A DNA stretch of 63,944 bases, counting the filler, from Basidiobolus ranarum (taxonomy: Eukaryota), in NCBI GenBank assembly GCA_040143965.1. It is 3 parts of 3 records of this genome, joined end to end, with 100 filler letters (N's around TTAATTAATTAA, not from the genome) between each part and the next. Parts side by side here need not be neighbours in the genome. Positions count along the whole stretch, not along the records: positions 44,379 to 63,944 come from JASJQH010000246.1; 2 more parts are not named here. One strand, 5' to 3'. This document shows, in pieces, positions 53,241 to 63,944 of this stretch. Below the pieces are notes generated by a model. That model had not been told where the DNA came from. It was given only the letters and a program-made list of their open reading frames with translations, and did no database searches. Each line of letters begins with the position of its first letter. Within the stretch, counting starts at the first letter, position 1. Both the position numbers and the translations under genes were made by a program.

Positions 53241-54284
53241 ATTTTTAAGGACACATTTTAGTTGACCCGTACGACCGGAATTTTCTGTACCTGAACAGTA
53301 TCTTGGGAAAGAACCTAACCTATCTCACAATAAATGTGTTCACTAATTACCATGCGAGCCTCGTCAAGTATCCCATTGGTGTAATTCCACATTCATTCAC
53401 AACAGGCGAGGGAAGTACACACATAGTGTAGGCCCTCTAATTCCTTGGGGTTCAGAAACTTCTAAGAAGTCCGGGTGAGGCGCTGGATGTGGAAAATACA
53501 GTTTTTCCAACAAACCCAACTGGTAACCAGGTACAAATGCATTCAAAAACTTCTTTATGGGAAATGTTACGTTTTCAACATACTCTAGATAGCTCCATCA
53601 AATAGAAAAGTTTAATCTGAATTCCCGCTCAATTAATAAGGTGATGATTGACTGTTGGTGTGTGAATATCATGGATTTAGTGGCATAACTTTCCAAACTA
53701 AGTCTGAATAATGGGTCCTAGTTTTGTAATACAAAGACAGTATTCGTATGGATATTTTGGTGTGACTCCTTTGTTATTATCATGAAGTAGCTTCATTTCC
53801 TCGACTACCCTACAAATTCATCTTCACGGAGTTTTATTTAAACAGATATGGGCAGTGATAGATAAAGTGCTGAATGCTATCATATAGTCAGATGCAGAGA
53901 AGAATGGAAGGTTGTGCATATTTGCATCATATACCAAGCGCACGGCTCTCAAATATCTGTATATATTAACCCGTTGTTATTCATAATGATCAACGATATG
54001 ACCTACGACGAATTTCCCTGAGATGAGCTAATTGTATTGATCATGATGGTATCTACAACGGTAACAAAATCAAAGATCGTGATGTTATCTACAATGGTAA
54101 CAAATATAAATGAGCGACTTCAATTCACCGTTACTATGAGAATGTTTCTTCATTAAATTACCACTCTGGATATCAGTCCCATAAGTTGGTGTGACTACTG
54201 AAGTTTTGCATGCTACTCTTGCATGCTACTCTTGTGACCTAACCCTAACCCTACTCTTGTGATATGGTGTATTGATTTGCATGG

Positions 54285-54500
54285 ACATTGGCCTGTTATA
54301 GACACTGATCGTCTTGTCTAACCGAAGTATTGGATTTTTTGTTCCAACTGGTTTGTTACCTGGTTTTAACTAAATCGAAATATCGACTCATCAAGTATAA
54401 ATCGTAAGCCTCTGATCATGAGTGGGGCACCACGTGCTGTGAATCTATTTGTCTGGTTACTACTCTACTCTTATTAAGCACTAATTTGATCTGGTTGCAA
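54285..54500 (+). repeat. Dispersed repeat family B, copy 2
   Basis: Direct diverged copy of 47962-48174. Confidence 0.88.
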
Positions 54501-54989
54501 GTTGTTATAGAGAGCGGTAGCACTCAACTTTTAAGGACCACTTTATATATGCTTCAAGACCACTTGCAAACCAGTGGTACCAATATAATTATAGATATCT
54601 ACCACTCGTATTGCAACAGGTGTTGAGCATTCAAAGAAATTTAGCAATAATGAAGACTTGTGCGTGGTCTTCAACTCCATTCAATAATAGATTTTACTTG
54701 CTCGGTGTGTTTGGTGTTCATCATAACAATATTTCCGGAATTAAAGTTAATTAAATCAAACTACTTGTGTCAAATTCTTCACATTTATTGACTACTACTA
54801 CCAGTAATGCTTAACTCGTATATTGCTTAAAGTTAGTTCTGCAGATGGTTTATTGCCTTTGATTTAGCCCTGCTTACCTTTGTTCAAATGCATAGATTCA
54901 GAATTAGGCTACATTAGACCACTTCAACATAGCCAGTTATTTTATCAAGAATAGATTTATGCACCAGTTTTTAAGAATAATCTATGCTA

Positions 54990-56021
54990 TTAATTGGAAT
55001 ATATGAAAATTGTGGAATCATTTACCAAATGACTAGAATGATGTTTATCACCGTGGGTGTTGGAGTTCAACTCTGAGTTGGCTCCAAATTCACTAGATCT
55101 TCCAAGCTCACTGGCTATGTTTGTATTAGTAGGATTGCTGATGTCATGCTTGTATTCGTTGATTTGGTTGTCGACTCCAGAGCCAAGTCCAGTGCTTCCA
55201 CTGCCTGGCAATCCAGATTTATTTCCATCATGTCTTAACTCGTTCTGACTACTCCCGGTTCTGCCACCGAGGCTGTCACTGGGACTGAAAGTATTGGACA
55301 CTGGGTGACTGGAGGCCATGGGGGCATTGTGTACTGAACGAGTATTGATATTTTCATCGTCTCCAAGTTCAGTGGATCGTGGCCGATGATCAATATTTTG
55401 GGTAGATTTTTCATCGAGAGAAGTGTTATGAATATCATGGATGAGTTGGCCCATATTGTGAGCATCACCGATATTGCTATGAGTGTGAAGACCTCCTGGC
55501 TGCCAACGATGCTGCTGGTTATGATGACCACTGTGATGTTCACCAATACCAATTGCACTGGAGTTACCATAGAGACCACTCTCTACTGGGTGATCATGCT
55601 GATTGTTAAAAGAGTTATTGCTTCCAAGATCTGCGCTAATGGTGTTCTTAGTGCCTTGGAGAGTTTCTGACAAATCTGGGTTAACTCCGTGTTGACTGTT
55701 GTGTGTGAGATTGCCACTGTTGAGGCCAGTGAGTCCTTCATTCTTATTGAAGTTACGGTCTTCGGGGAAAGATCCTGGGATATTGACAAATGATTCTTGT
55801 TCATTCTGGAGCGGCTTCGAATGATCATGACTGGGAAGGATGTTATGAGCGGAGGTTTCCAGAGTAGACTTGTCACGATTTAAAGAGTCACGTCCGAACT
55901 CAGGGTTATTTACAAAGGAAGGATCTGTAGTGCGTTGTTGGACAGAGCCGGAGGTGATTGGGTTCGATTGGAAATCTTGGGAGCAGTCATCAGTTGGGCG
56001 TGTGTCATTGAAAGAGCTCAT
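54990..56021 (-). CDS. Hydrophilin-like disordered S/N/H/G-rich protein with IPGSFP motif
   Basis: 343-aa ATG-initiated ORF, no hydrophobic core. Confidence 0.65.
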   Translation of the reverse strand: MSSFNDTRPTDDCSQDFQSNPITSGSVQQRTTDPSFVNNPEFGRDSLNRDKSTLETSAHNILPSHDHSKPLQNEQESFVNIPGSFPEDRNFNKNEGLTGLNSGNLTHNSQHGVNPDLSETLQGTKNTISADLGSNNSFNNQHDHPVESGLYGNSSAIGIGEHHSGHHNQQHRWQPGGLHTHSNIGDAHNMGQLIHDIHNTSLDEKSTQNIDHRPRSTELGDDENINTRSVHNAPMASSHPVSNTFSPSDSLGGRTGSSQNELRHDGNKSGLPGSGSTGLGSGVDNQINEYKHDISNPTNTNIASELGRSSEFGANSELNSNTHGDKHHSSHLVNDSTIFIYSN

Positions 56022-57087
56022 AACGAAAATGGTTCATACAATGTTAGAGATAGGTTTCTGAAATTCCCAAAAGTTGTGGTACTGATATCTACCTAAATGC
56101 CATTGATGGTAGACATGCTGTGATGACATGATGATCTGGAGTTAGATTATAGATGATAAAATGTTACTATTTAGGTAAAGTACAGCTAACGCACGTACAC
56201 TGACTAGGACTGTGACTGGATAAGATTAATTGAATTATACCTAAGAATTGCACAATACCGTTACGTACAAGTATCCATAATAATATAGGATTGTAATAAC
56301 AACTCATACTGCTTCTACGTAGGTTTTGTAGTTGTGGATGTTGTCCATGAGGCTCCAAGGATCTCGCAAAGTACAAAATATATGACAACTAAGAAATTGG
56401 GAGTATTTTTAATCTCTTTCATCCATTGATGGCAACTTAATCATATTTACTATTCTTTATATCACTGTAAAAGTTGAATACTCGCTTGGGTATATATCTC
56501 GACAGCAATAAAAGTTTACTAGAACTCGAGATAATAATACCCATTTCCAATATTACTGTTACGAAATTGGATTATCAGACAAAAGCAATGGCAATTTTGG
56601 AGACAACATAATGTCTCAATCAACTCAATATTTCGTACAAATATAATGGATAAGCAAACCTTGACCTTCACCCAGTTTCATATCTACACCTTTCCCACAC
56701 GTCTCGCAATCACCGAAATAAGAAAAGAAATGCAAATATCTCCAGAAATACTGGGCAAATCATTACGAAACTTTAGGGAGACAATTTTCTATTATTATTC
56801 TACTATTGGTATAAGTTTTAAAATGAACCGACAGCGGAGACAATGTATTCCAAAGTTAATTAAGTTTTATTCTCTTACTCAAATGCAATTGTTCTTTCTC
56901 ATTCAGCAGTAGTCTATTTTATATAGATGGGCCGTCACTATAAGATAAGTTTTCTGGTTTTATTGAAACGTAATAGTTATTATTGATATCCATGATATAC
57001 CTGGTATTATTCAGAATCGGGTGTTGTCTTTTAAATGTTGTACATGGTTAAATACATATGGAATGAAATTTGAATTTCAATTTAAGC

Positions 57088-57382
57088 TTAATCCAATTCT
57101 TCAACAGTTGGTTCACTGTTGTCACTACCTGGGAACCCTCCTGGAGCAGCTCATGGGAAGCCACCAGGGGCTCCACCAGCAGCTTGGTACATCTTGGTCA
57201 TTATAGGATTGACAACACCTTCCAACTCTTTTTGCTTCGTACTCTTCCTTAGAAGCTTCTTGACTTGCGTCCAACCAGCTGATAGTACTGTTGATAGATT
57301 CTTCAAGTTGCCTCTTATCAATCACATCTAAATGACCAGTAATCTTTTCATCTTGATGGGTGCTCCGAAGTGAGTAGGCCTA
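57088..57382 (-). pseudogene. HSP70: Cytosolic HSP70 C-terminal fragment
   Basis: AYSLRST...[16 protein letters not shown] (frameshift) [38 protein letters not shown]. Confidence 0.9.
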
Positions 57383-58325
57383 GGATGAATGACCTACAAT
57401 TTATAGATGCTATTAGTGGTATAATTTACTCTGCGGTAACAGCCAACTTTTGCTGCTCAATAGTTAGTCAATCTCCGGAAGTTTTGATATATACAATGCA
57501 TATGCTTGTCCGGTAGCTGTATCATAGTTCCAATGAACTCTGGAGTACATGCAACTAATATCTAACATGCTAAAAATAATTACGCATTATGGGAATCCGC
57601 TGTTCTGCACTAAAGGGGTAGAATGGGGAAAGATAATAGTTGAGCGTAAACTTTATTCAAAATATACCACAATTTGATTAATAATACAAATAAATTAGGA
57701 TGAGTATTTCTTAGTAAATATTTTCTATTTAGACAAGTTGAGTGGACTCACATCCCAAATGGTTGCTTTAGAAACTCTTAGCAACTTCATCTATAAATAC
57801 AGTGGAAGTGACTCAGCATTGAGAGAAGAAAAGCAACCAGTGTCACAAACTCTATTTTGATGAACCACTAATCTAAACATGGTAACACTCACAGATAATA
57901 ATTTTCTAACAAATTATGATAGAAAATGATCATACCTACTCTTAATATACTGGGCAACATAACCAAAATCAGAAGCTGTAAAAAGTGTATAAATAATGAA
58001 AGAAACTAAGCATTGTGGGAGAAAAGTAAGATTTATTGTATACGGGACAAAAACCTAGAATAACAGAATGAAGAAAAGGTGTTGTTATATACCCCAGTAA
58101 GGGTTAGGACTGTGAATCACTTGAGGACTTCGAATATTTTCATGGAAAAATATTATTATGAGGAACTTGAAAATTATCGAATCATAAAAATGAAACATTG
58201 TTATTATACTATTTGATTTAAATTATGCAGCTTAAAGAATTAGTCATCCTATTTGTGATTAATTTTCATGTTTGTTTGGGTTTTTAGACATATTAATTTT
58301 GGAATATCTAAAATATTTAATAAAT

Positions 58326-59020
58326 ATGCAATTGTCATGTATGAAACTCACACGCCTACCGGGACTCACAAAGCTCACGAATCTACTCAAACTCAAGATG
58401 CTCAGATGTCTGCCTGGACTTGCAATATGCACAGGTCTATCAAGACTCACAAATCTCGTAAGCCCACCAAGATCCGTAACTTGAACATATTGATGGAGAC
58501 CCGAGAGACTGAGACCAAAGATAATTACAAATCAATACAGACTTACAAACAGCAGGACCTAGCTTCGAAATGGAGGGTAGCGACGTAAAATCTGGCCAAG
58601 GAGAAGTTAAAGATTTGGGGTCAACTGGAAGTGGCAATATTTCACCAGGAATGTATGGTGTACCGCAGGACCCTGGAAACGAGATGGAAATTGCTCCAAC
58701 ATCACCAACAGAGGATTCTAGCTCCGACGAGACTATGCTACCTTAAGCAATAGATTCAGGATTCAATAATGAGAGTAACGATGCACAGGAAATAGATGAC
58801 ACAGGTTTATCAGACGCTATACCCTTTGATCTCCTCTCGCAGTTAGTAAATACTCTTGGCCAGTCAACAAATGTTATCTGATCAGGTCCAAGGGAATTCA
58901 GCACAAGTAGGCCATCCTCTATCTAAATCGAATCAGTTTGATCAAGCACAGACAATAGATCAAACATTATATTAGCCTTCGCAGCTCATTGAGCAAGAAC
59001 AGCCTTCTTCACCAGAAGAA
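58326..59020 (+). pseudogene. Degraded acidic low-complexity protein gene, paralog 1
   Basis: GPSFEMEGSDVKSGQGEV...PGMYGVPQD...MEIAPT matches paralog 2; stops and frameshifts. Confidence 0.6.
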
Positions 59021-59394
59021 TTTGAAGGTATCTTCGGTGTAATTCTTGATATGATTTGTGACTTAATAATACATTTGCCCTTATCAAATAATTACCTTGT
59101 ATTCAATAATATCAAGCATGAACCAACAAACCATCTAAAGTTCCAAAGTACGAACAATTCGATTGACTCCTTCGACAGAGGCCCTAGTTAATTTAAAGGT
59201 AATGAGATTAATGCTAGTATTGCCTTAACTATCTTATGTCCGTATTCAAAGGACAGCTATCTACTCTAAGTGCGACTTTGTAATACACTGATCAGACAAG
59301 CAAAAGGCATTCAATAAGTACCTACCATCTCGCTTTTATGTAACGACATAACCTAATCTACAGCCAGATCTCCCATATAAGCTTAACTGTATAT

Positions 59395-59525
59395 TACATT
59401 GATACAATTCCATAATCTAAAGCATCCAACATCAATATTTGTCCAGATGCACAACTTGCTTACATTGAGACAATTCCATAATCTAAAGCATCCAACATCA
59501 ATATTTGTCCAGATGCACAACTTGC
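59395..59525 (+). repeat. Near-perfect 66-bp tandem duplication
   Basis: tacattga[t/g]acaattccataatctaaagcatccaacatcaatatttgtccagatgcacaacttgc at 59395 and 59461. Confidence 0.93.
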
Positions 59526-59824
59526 ATTGACAATGAAGATAGTCTCTACGTGAGTTCATGGCATTCCTCTAAGCATCTTTCGAGTAATATACTCGAGTAC
59601 ACGTAGTACGAGTGATTTTATCAACACTACCATCAGTAGTAACAATTTTACAATTAGCATTGGATTAATCTATACGCTAATATATTGGTAGGTGTTATAG
59701 TAGATGTTATTTAATCACCAAATCAGTGTTATGGCAGGTGTTATAAGCTTAATATACCGCCTATCTCAATATAAATACTAATGAACATACATACGGAAGG
59801 TCATTAACGAACGTAAATACAAAT

Positions 59825-60460
59825 ATGTACGTCACATTAGGCCTACTCCTCGCCTCAGTATTACTTGCTAAAGTTCCCGTGGCAGTTCCCTCTGGCAGAT
59901 ACTCTAAATGCCAAATCAATATTATCGGAACAATCGGATGATAAAACTTCCTCTGTTGAGCAGCCAGCAAGTGTTGAAAGTCAGCCAGAGTCAGTTCCGT
60001 TACTCAAGCAAGTATTCACTACTGTAACCAGAAAACATGATGACTTGAATGATGCAAGTATCAATAGTCGAGGAAATTCTGACCTTAAGTATCAGACCGG
60101 ACCTAGCTTTGAAGTTGAAGGTAGCGGTGTGAAACCTGACCAGGGAGAAGTTGTCGATTCTGGGTCAAATGATGATAGTAATATTACACCAGGAGTGTAT
60201 GGAATACCACAAGATACTGAGAGCGGGATGGAAATGGCTCCAACACCACCTGCGGATGATTTTACTCTGATGATGCTTTACCCCCTCAAGCGTCTGATTC
60301 AGGATTTGATAATCTTTACCTCAGCAAGCGTTACCTGATCAGATCCAAGAGAATTCGGCACCAGCAGGCCATGCTCTATCCGATTCGAATCAGTTTGATC
60401 AAACATTATATCAGCCTTCGTATCCCATAGAACAAGAACAGCCTTCTTCACCAGAAGAGC
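59825..60460 (+). pseudogene. Degraded secreted acidic protein gene, paralog 2
   Basis: Signal-like MYVTLGLLLASVLLA out of frame with body GPSFEVEGSGVKPDQGEV...PGVYGIPQD...MEMAPT. Confidence 0.6.
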
Positions 60461-60689
60461 CCTAATCCTCCGAATCAAGGTGTACGATTAGCAACACATT
60501 ATGTAATTAGTATATATTTGTTAATATCACCCATTAAAGAATAAACCATGTAATGGTCAACAATAGTGCTAGCTTCGTTTAAGCAATGACTAGGCTGAAA
60601 AAGCCATCGTATGTTTAACGATAATAGTCTGACAAGATCAAGGCCAGTCTTCGCCTAATCGTCTTACATACGTACTAAAATGTCATCAC

Positions 60690-61760
60690 CGACGATTTTC
60701 AACACACTTCGCTGAAAGGATGCCCTAATGTACCAAATTCCTTCCCAGTATCATTGAATGGAAACTGCTCGCTATAGATACAGCCAGCGCAAGTCTCTGT
60801 CATTCCAAATCCCGGTGTTATGATCCTATTGAACCTCAACTTGGCTTCTTTCAATATAAGTAAGAGTTAATTCGCTAAATCTACTAAATTGGCCTTGCCT
60901 CCAGTGCTGATGCGCTTCAGCTTGGATAAATTGTAGAGTGGTGCTTGTGAAGAAGTCACCTGAAGCTTGGTTCTCAGATCTTTTTCAATGTTGGCTAATA
61001 AAAAGTTGAAAGCAAAAGTATAGCCTACTTCGAATGCTTCAGCAATGTCCAAATGTGTCAATAGCTCCAAGGTGATCATTGATGCCGCTACTTGAACTTG
61101 ATTTGCTCCTGCTACAATGGGTGGGTGTGCTCAATTAGCCCAGTCACATGGTTGCATCCGACCCAATTCAATATGGTGTCTGTGGATTCAAGCTGATAAT
61201 CGTCAACTTTATACTTGGCTGCAATAAGCACATTTGCATTAGTATGTTTGCTAGCTTTTGAGTTACCTGTAGAGCCAGAGGTGAGTAACATAATAGCTAC
61301 TTCGTTTGCGGTATTGTGGCTGCTGAAATTCAGTGATTCGAGTTCAGTAAAGTCTGTATTAACATCAAGGCTCTCTTGGGCTTTGAAACTGTCAACCGGT
61401 TGAACATTCAAATTTGGAGACAAAAAAGTAAGTTAATGGCAATCTTTCTGGCGGCAAAGAAAGATGGGCTTGTTGAAAAGAGTATCAGGATGTGAGAGTT
61501 CCATTTCCTTTTTCTCATCATCACCTTTCAATGCCCCAAGAACACATGGTAGAAAACCACAGGCTAATGATCGCCAAAAGTGATCGATTGTATCCTGATG
61601 ATTGTCAAAATACCACACGACTATTTGATGAGGAATGTTCTGTGCGAGGGCATGTAGCTCCTTGCCAATGTTGTATGCTCGCGCAAGAAGACTGGGGTAG
61701 CTGTCAATTGAAGGGTTTACACAGTAAAATTGACATAAACTGATACTAATATGCATGGAG
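60690..61760 (-). pseudogene. NRPS-like (quinone synthetase type) adenylation-domain pseudogene
   Basis: MLLTSGSTGNSKA, ILNWVGCNHVTGLIE, YTFAFNFLLA, STGGKAN, PGFGMTETCAGCIY; in-frame stops at 61433 and 60867, a frameshift near 61112, and loss of similarity after about 60690. Confidence 0.85.
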
Positions 61761-62433
61761 AATTTAGCTTATTATCTTGTTCGCTAAAGTATCATAGAAT
61801 GCTACAGGATTCTGACGGCAGGATGGATGTTACTTGTTTTCAAGATTGACGGTTGACGGACGGTAACTGTGATGCCCAAGGAATAGTTAGCTCGGGTTTG
61901 GACCCTAAGCGTTAATAACAAATAGAAATACACACATATTAAATCGCTGTTAAGATTAGTGTCATATCACCTTACGTCCAAACGCCATTTGTGTATATAC
62001 ATCTATTAATGATCAAGGCCATGCTCATAACAGGAGGGATGTAGAATCATCTAGAGACAAAAGGGGGCGGAAAATCAAGAACAGAATGCAGAAAAAAGGT
62101 CAGGAGTGCCGAAAAGATTAATGATAGACAAAGGCAGGGGCAGGTTCAATAACACCAAGTGCGATTAGCAGGAGTACTGGTATTGGTATTTGAATCTCCG
62201 TAATGTCTCCCGAGCTTTAGAGCTAACGGATATCGCTTACAACTTACTCCTCCTATTTCAGCGTCCACTTCTGGATACATGTTTGGACAAGTTGGATGTG
62301 AGTTTATTTTCTTTTCCCTCTCCTGCAGCTTTTCCTTTCTCTACATACTGACCTCCCTTCATCTTGAAATTGGTTTGGCATCTCTGTGCCTGTCACAGCC
62401 TGAGGCTGCTTGTGATGTGCCAAATGTGAGAAA

Positions 62434-62451
62434 ACTAACCCTAACCCTAAC
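62434..62451 (+). repeat. Interstitial telomere-like CTAACC tract
   Basis: actaaccctaaccctaac. Confidence 0.75.
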
Positions 62452-62729
62452 TTCTCAAAATATAAAAGATCTTTCTTTGCGCCCTTGTTTGGTACCTCAT
62501 CCATTCATCCTCAAAGCCAAGACAAAGACAATCAACTCTCATTCCTCATCATTGCTTGTAGTCCTTTGTGCGGTCTGATCTCATTATAGTTTCTACATTA
62601 CTCACTGCAAATCGCCTCGAATCTGTTCTTATCTAATCAAGTAAGTAACATTCTCTTGTTGCCTCGGTTTGCAATTGTCTTGTCTTATCTGCAATCTCAC
62701 TCTTGTATTCTTAACCAGCAAGCACAACA

Positions 62730-63077
62730 ATGGTCAAACACATCGGTGCTATTTTGCTTTTCCTTTTAGTATCCCTCACTTTTATTGAATGTCTTGATCA
62801 GTGTTCAAAGACAAATCTTGTTAATATTCGCCTAAGGGGTGCTCTTCTTGGAGGTTATACAAGATTCTGGCAACTTAGTACTGAAGTCGATGTTGGAACC
62901 TCAGTATGCCATGAAATAGAAAAGAAGTTGAAGTACGCAACAACTTGTGCTTACGGTAGTAAATCTAAGAAATGTAACTGTGCTGGTAGTTGGTCAAACG
63001 AACAAGGAGTAAACAGTAGAATTGCTGCTGCTAATAAGGTTTTGCCATCTGGTCAATTGGTTGAGTGCTCATCGTAA
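62730..63077 (+). CDS. Small secreted cysteine-rich protein (115 aa)
   Basis: Signal peptide MVKHIGAILLFLLVSLTFIEC, six further Cys including CNC; probable 5'UTR intron (gtaagt at 62641 to cag near 62718); AATAAA downstream. Confidence 0.78.
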   Translation: MVKHIGAILLFLLVSLTFIECLDQCSKTNLVNIRLRGALLGGYTRFWQLSTEVDVGTSVCHEIEKKLKYATTCAYGSKSKKCNCAGSWSNEQGVNSRIAAANKVLPSGQLVECSS

Positions 63078-63944
63078 GTCAATCATCTGCTTTATGAGTT
63101 TTAAAACTTATTTTTAGCGATCTTATGTACCAGGTACCCTGCTCTCATTTACACATTGTTTTTTCTACCAGTAGCTTAAAAGCTCCCTATCTGCTTTCAT
63201 CATTAAACTTCTATACTACTTTTTCAGTTTTAATAAATTTATGAATAGTAATAACAGTTGCGTCCAGGAGGGTTAGGGGGATGAAAAGCACCAGATGGTG
63301 TGGACTTTATTTAGCTTAAATACTAATCTAAACAAAGTGACAATCAAGACATCAATCTTTTAAGATATTGTGACAATATTGGATCATATCCATACTTAAC
63401 CTGATGACAAATGTAATCAAGTTCAGAGGATGTAAGTATAGTGTTAAAGGGCAAAGGTGGTAAGCAGGAAGGAATGTACTCAGTACAAACCAGATGGACA
63501 ATAGGACAAAAACCTGGAAAAATGGGAATCGAGAATGGTATCTTGGAGGCAAGGTATTGCTTCCAAAGGTCTAGCTGGAAGTCTATAGCAACAATTTTAG
63601 GCTGTTTTGTTTCATGCAGCTCTAAAGCTAATTCAGAAACCAGAGGATCATCTTGTATCAATTTCCAGCATGATAGTGCATTTGATGATGGTGTGGCTAG
63701 CCACTTCTTAATCAGTGGATTTCTACAATTATTTAGTTGGAGTAGAAATCTTGCCCTGAGTAAAACTTATTGGGAAAATATGGGCTATTTGGAGGAACTT
63801 TAGAAAAGTGGAGTTGTGAATAGCTCTGTGAGATAATTATTTATTGTCCAGAAATAAAGCATTTATACATTTTGAGGGAAATACAGAAAACTAACACTGG
63901 GGTTGTGTTCAGAACTTCTGTGGGAGTAAAATGAGTTGTCTTTG

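Noticed and set aside
63344-63803. Overlapping ORFs at the window end
   Set aside because: No convincing start or motif; possibly a repeat relic, unsupported.
1-63944. tRNA, rRNA, snRNA, riboswitch, U12 introns, selenocysteine or readthrough signals
   Set aside because: None recognised by eye, and the introns examined were ordinary GT-AG; Infernal and tRNAscan would be needed to exclude them.

Overview
Intron-rich, AT-rich eukaryotic DNA from a fungus; the gene content and style suggest an early-diverging lineage, possibly Basidiobolus-like (inference, not verified). Two 100-nt N-spacers containing TTAATTAATTAA (22102-22201, 44279-44378) split the window into three segments that may not be truly adjacent. 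Apparently intact genes: velvet factor, alpha-arrestin, G-alpha, trihelix/Myb-SANT protein, bestrophin-like channel, Lsi2/ArsB-like transporter, bacterial-type GNAT, orphan 7TM receptor, Bet v1/SRPBCC protein, AHA1, SEC14, CDC10-type septin, CENP-H-like, FSH1-like hydrolase, LEA_2 membrane protein, MPR1-like acetyltransferase and an LrgA-LrgB fusion. A poly-HAMP group III histidine kinase is cut by the second gap. Gene relics are numerous (RPL5, isocitrate lyase, HSP70, a quinone-synthetase-type adenylation domain, a duplicated secreted acidic protein). The best leads are a 63-aa secreted prepropeptide predicted to release a 22-aa conotoxin-like CC-C-CC-C peptide next to an intronless bacterial-looking GNAT, a dead atromentin/terrequinone-type NRPS-like gene, and a telomeric-repeat insertion flanked by a 12-bp target-site duplication. 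All family calls are from motif recognition; no searches were run.
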